Positions 57,048 to 64,000 of a stretch of 64,000 nucleotides of DNA are shown piece by piece. The DNA comes from Longimicrobiales bacterium (GTDB taxonomy: Bacteria > Gemmatimonadota > Gemmatimonadetes > Longimicrobiales > Gaopeijiaceae). The notes beneath the pieces were generated by a model. The model worked only from the letters and a program-made list of their open reading frames with translations. It had not been told where the DNA came from and made no database searches. Position 1 is the first letter of the stretch; the number at the start of each line of letters is the position of its first letter. The stretch lies in the NCBI GenBank assembly GCA_041690395.1, contig JAWLHJ010000003.1, forward strand, positions 416,001 to 480,000, given 5' to 3'. Made by a program: the position numbers and the translations under genes.

Positions 57048-58826
57048 TCAGTCCGGGACCGACAAGCTCCATCGTCCCTGGAATACCTTCAGATCGACGG
57101 AGTCGCCGATCCCGGCTACCAGGCAATCGGTCACGTCCTTGCTCGTGGGCGCGGCCAGGGCCTTGCGGGCCGCGGTGCGCGCGTCCTCGACGCGGATGTC
57201 CCGGATGAACTTCTTGATCTCCGGAATCGAAGGCCAGGACATCGACAGCGTGGTGATGTCGAGGCCGAGGAGGAGGAAGGCCCCGAGCGGCGTCGACGCG
57301 AGCTCTCCGCAAACGCTCACCTCGATGCCCGCGGCCCGGCTCACCCGAGCCACCTGGTGGAGCAGCCGGACTACCGCCGGGTGGAACGGGTTGTAGAGCG
57401 GCGCCAGGCGCGTGTTCGTCCGGTCGACGGCCAACGTGTACTGCACCAGGTCGTTGGTACCGATCGAGAAGAAGTCGCAGTGGCGCGCGAGCTCCACCGC
57501 ATCGAGGGCGGCCGCGGGGGTCTCGATCATGACCCCGAGCTTGTATCCGGAGTTGTACGGGATGCCGCGGTCGCTGAGGTACTCCTCCTCTTCCTCGAGG
57601 AAGGCCCGAACCTTCCGGACCTCCTCGACGTCGTTCACCAACGGGAGCATCATGCGGATGTCCCCGTGGGCCGTAGCACGCAGGAGCGCCCGGAGCTGAG
57701 TCCGGAAGAGCTCGGGCTCGTCGAGGCACACCCGGATCGCACGCCAACCGAGAAACGGGTTCTCCTCCGTGGGCATGTTGAGGAACATGGGGAACTTGTC
57801 GCCGCCCAGGTCGAACGTCCGGATGTACACGGCCCCTCTGGGAAAGGCCTCGGCGACCGCCCGATATGCTTCGTACTGCTCTTCCTCGCCCGGCATGGCG
57901 CTCCGCCCCACCACCAGGAACTCGGTCCGGAAGAGACCGACGCCGACCGCCCCGTGCGCCTCGGCCTGAACCGCCTCTGAGGGCAAGTCGAGATTCGCCC
58001 GGAGCTCCACGTACTGGCCGTCTCGGGTCACCGACTCGAGCGAGGCGATGACGGCCATCTCCTCCTCCCAGTCGGTCAGACGGCGCTGCCGCTCCTTGAA
58101 GCGCAGCTGCTCGTCGTCCGTGGGATCGAGCACGACCCGGCCGATACGGCCGTCGATCACCGCGTGTTGCCCCTCGACGGCATGCTTCGACACCGTTCCG
58201 AGCCCTACGACGGCCGGAATGTGGAGCGCGCGCGCCAGAATCGCCCAGTGCCCCGTCCGCGTGCCGTGGTCCGTGGCGATGCCCTTCACCTGCGTCGGGT
58301 CGAGCTGGACCACGAGGCTCGGGGTCAGGTTCGGCGCGACGACGATCACGCCCGGTCCGAGGGCGGGGACGTCCGAGGGATCGTGATCGCCCAGGAGCCT
58401 GCGCAGCACCCGGATCATGAGGTCCTCGAGATCGTTGAGCCTGTCGAGGACCATGGGGTTGCGGGTGCGGCTCCACATGGCCTGGAGCTCGAGCATACGC
58501 CACTCGAAGGCGCGCTGCGCCGTGAGCCGGTTCTCGCGGATATACCGGAGCGTACCCTCGACGACCTCGGCGTCTTCGAGCATCAGGATCTGAGGCTCGA
58601 AGATGCGCGCCTCGACGGCGCCGAGGCGCTCCTCGGTCGCGCCCTGCATCTCCTCGAGGCGCTCCGCGGCCCAGGCACGGGCTTCGTGGAAGCGCTCCAC
58701 CTCGACGTCGATGCGGTCTTCCGGCACGGTTTCGTGCGGTACGACCGGCACGCCCCAATCGAGCAGGAAGACGTTGCCTTCCGCGATCCCTTCGGACGCC
58801 GGAGAGCCGTCGAGTGTGATGGACAT
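57048..58826 (-). CDS. ptsI: PTS enzyme I (PEP-protein phosphotransferase)
   Basis: Active His 'TRTGHWAILAR'; 'GVGLFRTEF', 'EENPFLGWRAIR', 'FFSIGTNDLVQY'. Confidence 0.97.
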   Translation of the reverse strand: MSITLDGSPASEGIAEGNVFLLDWGVPVVPHETVPEDRIDVEVERFHEARAWAAERLEEMQGATEERLGAVEARIFEPQILMLEDAEVVEGTLRYIRENRLTAQRAFEWRMLELQAMWSRTRNPMVLDRLNDLEDLMIRVLRRLLGDHDPSDVPALGPGVIVVAPNLTPSLVVQLDPTQVKGIATDHGTRTGHWAILARALHIPAVVGLGTVSKHAVEGQHAVIDGRIGRVVLDPTDDEQLRFKERQRRLTDWEEEMAVIASLESVTRDGQYVELRANLDLPSEAVQAEAHGAVGVGLFRTEFLVVGRSAMPGEEEQYEAYRAVAEAFPRGAVYIRTFDLGGDKFPMFLNMPTEENPFLGWRAIRVCLDEPELFRTQLRALLRATAHGDIRMMLPLVNDVEEVRKVRAFLEEEEEYLSDRGIPYNSGYKLGVMIETPAAALDAVELARHCDFFSIGTNDLVQYTLAVDRTNTRLAPLYNPFHPAVVRLLHQVARVSRAAGIEVSVCGELASTPLGAFLLLGLDITTLSMSWPSIPEIKKFIRDIRVEDARTAARKALAAPTSKDVTDCLVAGIGDSVDLKVFQGRWSLSVPD

Positions 58827-58836
58827 AGGCCTCGCC

Positions 58837-59124
58837 TTACGCCTCGATCTCGTCGAAGCCCGAGCTCACCAGCTGCTCGAGCGCCCGGACCGCGTCTTCC
58901 GCGTCCTCACCCTGGGCGACCACCGTGAGGTGGCTCCCCTGGGCCGCGGCCAGCATGAGCACGCCCATGATGCTCTTGCCGTTCACCGACAGCCCGTCCT
59001 TGGCGACGGTGATCTCCGACCGGAACCGCCCGGCGAGCTTCACGAACTCGGCAGCCGGGCGGGCGTGCATGCCCGCTCGGTTGACGATCTCGACGTCGCG
59101 CTCGACGCGATCCGGTTCAGTCAT
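58837..59124 (-). CDS. ptsH: Phosphocarrier protein HPr
   Basis: 'GMHARPAA' (His15), 'GKSIMGV' (Ser46). Confidence 0.97.
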   Translation of the reverse strand: MTEPDRVERDVEIVNRAGMHARPAAEFVKLAGRFRSEITVAKDGLSVNGKSIMGVLMLAAAQGSHLTVVAQGEDAEDAVRALEQLVSSGFDEIEA

Positions 59125-59873
59125 CTGAGCATCCCCCATGTCGCAAGAAGCGCGATCGTGGCCACTGCCACGACCGCGGCCGGTCTCCATACGTGATGGC
59201 CCACGAAAAGGCCCACCGTGAAGCCCAGAACGGCCAGCCCGGTCCAGAGCGCACCGGCGTCGCCGAGCCCTCCGGCGCCGCCCAGAAGGGCGCCGAGCAG
59301 AACGCCGAGCACCACGACCCCCCAGGAGCGGAGCCTCGTCGTCCATGCGGAAAGACCGGCCGCCGCGAGACGCCCGGCCACGTTCCGGCCGGCGGCCAAC
59401 CCCGTGCGGAAGCCCCAGAGGCGCAGGCCCACGTGCCCCGTATTGTACAAGAGGAGGAAGAGCCCCGCCGCGAGCCAGCCGGGAACCCCGAGCCAGTACA
59501 GGCCCACCGCGGCCATGGAAACCACCGGCAGCCAGGTGGCCCAGACCAGAGCGTCGCCGAGCCCGCCCAGCGGCCCCCGGACGGCGGTCTTGAAGCGCCG
59601 CACGGTCTCGGGGCCCGCCTCGTCGGCTTCGAGACGGAGGCTCGCCCCGAGCGCGACGCTCGCCAGATACGGATGAGCGTTGAAGTGCTCGAGGTGCCGG
59701 CCGACGGCGGCCTCCATCTCGGCCTCGCGCCCACGGAACAGGGCGCGAATCCCGGGGACCATGGCGAAGCCGAAGCCGGTCCCGATCATCGTCCGGTAGT
59801 TCCAGGACGCCTGGATCAGAAAGGAGCGCGCGAAAGTACGCGCCAGCGCGGTGGGCGGAATCCGGGCGCTCAC
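59121..59873 (-). CDS. PTS mannose/fructose/sorbose family EIID
   Basis: 'RSFLIQASWNY.TM', 'HLEHFNAHPY', 'GPLGGLGD.L.W'. Confidence 0.93.
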   Translation of the reverse strand: MSARIPPTALARTFARSFLIQASWNYRTMIGTGFGFAMVPGIRALFRGREAEMEAAVGRHLEHFNAHPYLASVALGASLRLEADEAGPETVRRFKTAVRGPLGGLGDALVWATWLPVVSMAAVGLYWLGVPGWLAAGLFLLLYNTGHVGLRLWGFRTGLAAGRNVAGRLAAAGLSAWTTRLRSWGVVVLGVLLGALLGGAGGLGDAGALWTGLAVLGFTVGLFVGHHVWRPAAVVAVATIALLATWGMLR

Positions 59874-60529
59874 AGGATCCTGGCTCCCACCAGCCCGAGC
59901 GCGATGCCGATTACGAGCCGAACACGGTTGGTACGGAACCCCCCGAAGTCGCGTAGCAGGATACCGAGCGACACAGCGGCGCCCAGAAGTACCAACCCCA
60001 TCGACGAGGGAGCGTCGAGCGGCCAGATCGGCGCCAACCCGCCCACGACCGTGCGACCGAATACGAGTCCGCCGGCCACCACGACCGCGCCACGGAAGAA
60101 GTCGAGCGCGACCGTCCCCGCGTGAAGCCACGCGACCGCCGACGCCGACGGGGTCGGATCGTCCTCGGCGGGAACGAGCGACGCGTTGAGCCGGCGCAGT
60201 CCGGTGATCGAGAAGCCTCCGACATGCCCCCACACCAGCCCGACGGCCACGGCGAGGGCGAGCGATCCGGGGCCTCCCGTCGTCGCGGCCGAGCCCACGG
60301 CCACCACGGTGGCGGTCGCACCCTCGGGGAAGCGGGAGCCACCGGTCGGAAAGGAAACGAGCAGGTAGAGCTCGAGCACCGCGCCGATCGTCGCCCCGAG
60401 AACCGGCTCGCCCATCAGCCAGCCCGTCACGGTGCCGGCCACGAGCGGACGCGACAGCATGAACTGCCCGACCGAAGTTCCGTCGAGTCCGAGTAGCCCG
60501 CCGAGCGCGGAAAGACCGAGCAGACTCAT
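59870..60529 (-). CDS. PTS mannose/fructose/sorbose family EIIC
   Basis: 'LD....GQFMLSRPLVAG...G..LELY'. Confidence 0.9.
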   Translation of the reverse strand: MSLLGLSALGGLLGLDGTSVGQFMLSRPLVAGTVTGWLMGEPVLGATIGAVLELYLLVSFPTGGSRFPEGATATVVAVGSAATTGGPGSLALAVAVGLVWGHVGGFSITGLRRLNASLVPAEDDPTPSASAVAWLHAGTVALDFFRGAVVVAGGLVFGRTVVGGLAPIWPLDAPSSMGLVLLGAAVSLGILLRDFGGFRTNRVRLVIGIALGLVGARIL

Positions 60530-60544
60530 ACCACGCTCCGGCCG

Positions 60545-61045
60545 TCAGGCATCTTCGGTGACCTCGGCGAGCCCGAGCTCCCGCGCCAGGTCGACCTTGG
60601 GCGCGTCCGGCAGGTCACGTGCCTGGACGCGCGCCCCGGCGTCCAGAATGTGCTGGAGGTCTTCGATCTCGTCGGGAGACAGGTGGACGTAGGTCAGCAC
60701 CTTGGTCCGTCCCGGGGCGTGGTGGAGGCCGCCGACGTTCACGGTCCGCCCCACCATCCCGCCGCTTTCGGCGAGTCGGCGCATGGTCGCCAGATCCCGG
60801 GTCAGCACGATGGTGCGGACAGGATCGGCCCCGTACCCCTCCAGCGCGTCGATCGCATCTGCGGCCGTCTCGAAGGACACCTCGGCGCTCCCCGCACCGA
60901 GCCGATACAGCTCCTGCTCCCACTCGCTGTCGGCGATCGCGTCGTCGACGACCACGTACCGGTCGGGGCGCAGCTCGTGCCCCCAGCCGATCACCACCTG
61001 ACCGTGGATCAGTCGCTCGTCCACCCGATACAGCAAGACGGGCAC
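60545..61045 (-). CDS. PTS mannose/sorbose family EIIB
   Basis: 'RVDERLIHGQVV.GW', 'VNVGGLH'. Confidence 0.95.
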   Translation of the reverse strand: MPVLLYRVDERLIHGQVVIGWGHELRPDRYVVVDDAIADSEWEQELYRLGAGSAEVSFETAADAIDALEGYGADPVRTIVLTRDLATMRRLAESGGMVGRTVNVGGLHHAPGRTKVLTYVHLSPDEIEDLQHILDAGARVQARDLPDAPKVDLARELGLAEVTEDA

Positions 61046-61047
61046 CG

Positions 61048-61455
61048 TCAGCCCCCGCGACCGGCGTCCACGCGCACCGGCCGGATCGCCTCGCGTGAGC
61101 GCTCCACCAGGCGCTCCACCAGCTCGTCGAACGGAAGGGCACGGCTGAACACGAAGTCCAGCAGCATGGGGAGGTTCACCCCGGTCAGGACGACCCGGTC
61201 GGAGCAGGCACGACACGACGCCAGCGCCGCCGTGCAGCAGCTTCCCGCCTGCAGGTCGACGAACACCATCGCCGACCCACCTCCGGCCGCCTGGTCGATC
61301 GCGCCTCGCAGGTCGTCGGGGGACATCCCCTCGTTCGAGATGGGCACGAGCGCGTTGGCGCTGTCGCCCGCGATACGCCGCACGGCATCGACGAGGCCGT
61401 CGGCCATCCCGCCATGCGCGATGACGATCCCGATCGGGGGGTCGAGCTCACTCAT
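61048..61455 (-). CDS. PTS mannose-family EIIA
   Basis: 'IVIAHG', 'FVDL.AGS', 'TGVNLPMLL'. Confidence 0.93.
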   Translation of the reverse strand: MSELDPPIGIVIAHGGMADGLVDAVRRIAGDSANALVPISNEGMSPDDLRGAIDQAAGGGSAMVFVDLQAGSCCTAALASCRACSDRVVLTGVNLPMLLDFVFSRALPFDELVERLVERSREAIRPVRVDAGRGG

Positions 61456-62413
61456 AGTCCTGCTCCAGATACTGCCGGAGTCTCTTGTCGAACGAATCCG
61501 CGGCATTGATGCCGGAGTACGTGAGGAGGTGGTTCATCGCCACGACCTCGGAGATCACGGTGATGTTCTTCCCCGGGTTCAGCGGCACCGTGACCTTCGG
61601 GATCTGGACCCCCAGGATCTCGTGCGTGTCCTGGTCGAGACCCGTCCGCGAATAGTGGTTGTCCTGATCCCACATCTCGAGCCGGACGACGACCTCGATA
61701 CGCTTCTGCTGCCGGATGGCCGTCACGCCGAAGAGCGACGAGATGTCGATGATGCCCACGCCGCGGATCTCCATGTGGTGCCGTTGCAGCTCGTGGCCCC
61801 GCCCCATGAGCACGTCGTTCCCGGTCCTGCGTACCATGACGAGATCGTCGGCCACCAGCCGGTGTCCACGCTCGACCAGGTCGAGCACGCATTCGCTCTT
61901 GCCCACGCCACTCTCCCCGATGAAGAGGAGCCCCACGCCGTAGACGTCGGCCAGCGACCCGTGCAGGGCCGTCGTCGGCGCGAGGACCATCTCCAGAAAG
62001 GGCTTGATGCGCCGGTAGAAGTGGCGCGTGCTCTCGCTCGAGCGGAGCACCGGGATCGAGCGCGCGCTCGCCAGCTCCAGGAAGTAAGCGGGGATGTCCT
62101 GACCCTTGGTGACGAAGACCGCGGGCACCTCGAAGCCGAAGAATGCCCGCAGGCGCTCGCGGGCCTCCGCCTCCTGCAGCGCGGCCATGTAGGTCATCTC
62201 GGTCTCGCCGAAGACCCAGAGGCGACCGTCCGGCACCCTCTTGGTGTGGCCGGCCAGCGCGAGTCCCGGCGAGGTGATGTCGGAGTCGTCGGTGGACCCG
62301 TCGAGGGCCACCCCCTCGTTCATCAACTCGAGCCCCAGGGACTCGCGCTTGGCCTCCAGGATCTCCCGGACGGAGACCCGCTTCGGCTCTTCAGCCGCGG
62401 GAGCCGAAGTCAC
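61448..62413 (-). CDS. hprK: HPr(Ser) kinase/phosphorylase
   Basis: 'GESGVGKSE', 'GHRLVADD', 'MEIRGVGII'. Confidence 0.97.
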   Translation of the reverse strand: MTSAPAAEEPKRVSVREILEAKRESLGLELMNEGVALDGSTDDSDITSPGLALAGHTKRVPDGRLWVFGETEMTYMAALQEAEARERLRAFFGFEVPAVFVTKGQDIPAYFLELASARSIPVLRSSESTRHFYRRIKPFLEMVLAPTTALHGSLADVYGVGLLFIGESGVGKSECVLDLVERGHRLVADDLVMVRRTGNDVLMGRGHELQRHHMEIRGVGIIDISSLFGVTAIRQQKRIEVVVRLEMWDQDNHYSRTGLDQDTHEILGVQIPKVTVPLNPGKNITVISEVVAMNHLLTYSGINAADSFDKRLRQYLEQDYE

Positions 62414-62417
62414 GTCT

Positions 62418-62578
62418 AGTGTCCCGAGTCAGAAGTTCGTTGAGCACCGAGAGTGCCGCGGCGCCGCTGCGGCGAGGCGCGACGACGAGGCATAGCACCG
62501 CTACGTCGAGGAGGAGCAACGCTGCCGCAGTGGATGCAGCGGCGCTCGAATGCCGACGAACTTCTGACTCGGGACACT
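62418..62578. mobile_element. MITE-like element with 23-bp perfect terminal inverted repeats
   Basis: AGTGTCCCGAGTCAGAAGTTCGT (62418-62440) / ACGAACTTCTGACTCGGGACACT (62556-62578); CTAG/CTGG at the ends. Confidence 0.8.
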
Positions 62579-62581
62579 GGC

Positions 62582-62908
62582 TCAGTCCTGCACCATGCGT
62601 TCCTGGAGCGGCGGGGCCTGGTGCTCCAGGTGCCGCTTCCGCTGCTCCCGGAGCTGCCGGCCTACCCTGTCGACGACCTGGTCGACGGCCCCCCGGAACT
62701 CGTGCGCCGATCCGTGACCGACCACCGGCGCGGATCCATCGGAATGGACGATTACCTCGACCTTCCGGTCCTGCTTCTCTTCTTCGAACACGACTTCGGC
62801 CGAAGTCGCTCTGGGATCGAACTTGGCGAGCGAAGCAACCTGCTCGCGGGCCCTTTCGAGTACGTCTTCCGGCACGTCGCAACGGCGGGTGGTCATCTGG
62901 ATTCTCAA
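62582..62908 (-). CDS. hpf: Ribosome hibernation promoting factor (HPF/RaiA, short form)
   Basis: 'IQMTTRRCDV', 'VEVIV', 'F.GAVD...DRV.RQLR..RK'; GAGGAG RBS plus TTG; upstream of hprK. Confidence 0.88.
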   Translation of the reverse strand: MRIQMTTRRCDVPEDVLERAREQVASLAKFDPRATSAEVVFEEEKQDRKVEVIVHSDGSAPVVGHGSAHEFRGAVDQVVDRVGRQLREQRKRHLEHQAPPLQERMVQD

Positions 62909-63999
62909 AGGTGCTCCTCACGATCGAGGGACGTTACCTGCCTCCCAAAGTTAGCAGCTAGCGCGGAGTGGGGAGTACCCCGGGCCACCACCCGGTGGAG
63001 GACCCGTTCGACGCCGTCGGCGGTCGCGTCCCACGAGTAACGCTCAGCGAAGCGCCGCGCCGCGGTTCCCATACGTCGGCGGAGCGCCGGGTCGGTGAGC
63101 AGCCTCGCCAGCGCGGTCGACAGCGCCGCCACGTCCCCGTGGGGGACCAGCACTCCGGTCTCGCCGTCCACGACGGACTCGCGGAGTCCCGGAGCGTCGC
63201 TCGCCACGGTCGGCGTCCCGCAGGCTCCCGCCTCGAGGTTCGAGATGCCCCACCCTTCCTTCACCGACGTGAGCACGTGGAGCCACGACCGGCGCAGCAG
63301 ATGCAGCTTGTGAGCCTCCGGAACGAAGCCCAGGAATTCGACCCGGTCGGCGATGCCGAGCGCCGCCGCCTGCTGTTCCCAGGCTTCCCGTTCCGGGCCC
63401 GACCCGGCGACCAGGAGTCGGGCGCGGATCCCCTCGTGCTCGAGACGCACCAGCGCGCGGAGCACCAGATCGAGGCGCTTGTAGCGGTTCAGTCGACCGA
63501 GGAAGACGAGCGTGGGCTCCTCGAAGCGCTCGGCTTCCGGCCCCGGGGTGTGGTGGTCGAGGTCGATGCCGTTCGGAACGACCTCGATATGGGCCGGGTC
63601 GAGCCCGCGGGTCACCAGGTCGTGGCGAGTGCTCTCCGACACCGAGATCGTGGGCACGTAGCGGTACGCACGCGGAATGGTCCGCTCGAGCAACACGGTC
63701 GCCAGGGCCACCGGTGCGGAGGCGGCCTGGAAGGCCGTGGGTCCGAACAGGTGATGGACGAGAAGGACGGTGGGCGTCTCCGACCACCATGGCGTGAAGA
63801 CGGGAACCTTGTTGAGGTCCTCGACGATGACGTCGAAGCGTTGTCCCCCGAGGTGCTCGCGGAAGTAGCGGGGTCCGGCCAGGGAGAACGTGTTCCGGCT
63901 CCCTGCCCTGTGGACGTCGATGCCGTCCAGGGTCGCCCGGGGAGCCAGTCCCGGCCACCCCGACACCAGAGCCGTGACCGAGTGACCGCGCGACGCGAG
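62905..63999 (-). CDS. Glycosyltransferase family 4, 5'-partial
   Basis: 'LASRGHSV', 'FLGRL..YKR', 'KEGWGISNLEA.ACGTP.VASD.PGL.ESV'; frame is open to the window end. Confidence 0.95.
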   Translation of the reverse strand, partial: LASRGHSVTALVSGWPGLAPRATLDGIDVHRAGSRNTFSLAGPRYFREHLGGQRFDVIVEDLNKVPVFTPWWSETPTVLLVHHLFGPTAFQAASAPVALATVLLERTIPRAYRYVPTISVSESTRHDLVTRGLDPAHIEVVPNGIDLDHHTPGPEAERFEEPTLVFLGRLNRYKRLDLVLRALVRLEHEGIRARLLVAGSGPEREAWEQQAAALGIADRVEFLGFVPEAHKLHLLRRSWLHVLTSVKEGWGISNLEAGACGTPTVASDAPGLRESVVDGETGVLVPHGDVAALSTALARLLTDPALRRRMGTAARRFAERYSWDATADGVERVLHRVVARGTPHSALAANFGRQVTSLDREEHL

Positions 64000-64000
64000 C

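Noticed and set aside
55388..57208. 606-aa plus-strand ORF
   Set aside because: Antisense shadow of metK, typical of high-GC codon bias; same for 60650-62419, 51742-53274 and 5203-6393.

Overview
A GC-rich bacterial chromosome segment. The gene complement (PadR/orphan-permease pairs, 6-bladed beta-propeller lipoproteins, RCC1/Ig surface proteins, tmRNA tag ANNNMALAA) suggests Gemmatimonadota, which is an inference. A minus-strand tmRNA gene (46267-46621) divides the window. To its right are mostly housekeeping genes: an amidohydrolase, dusB, a PtsN-like EIIA, selB, recO, a DUF151 nuclease, metK, ptsI, ptsH, mannose-family EIIA-D, hprK, hpf and a GT4 glycosyltransferase. To its left are about 46 kb of accessory genes: a surface-protein operon, a hybrid kinase, MarR/FAD monooxygenase/multicopper oxidase, serine hydrolases, four PadR units, four ATPase-less ABC permeases, a MoxR operon and several pseudogenes. 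The most unusual signals are non-coding. (i) A 218-bp element made of 37-bp palindromic repeats separated by 24-25-bp unique spacers occurs twice, 32.6 kb apart, each time downstream of a beta-propeller gene. (ii) A ~260-bp element right after the tmRNA carries direct and inverted copies of the tmRNA 3' end plus REP-like hairpins. (iii) A MITE-like element with perfect 23-bp inverted ends lies between hpf and hprK. No integrase, transposase or cas gene was recognised. All calls were made by eye from motifs, with no database searches.
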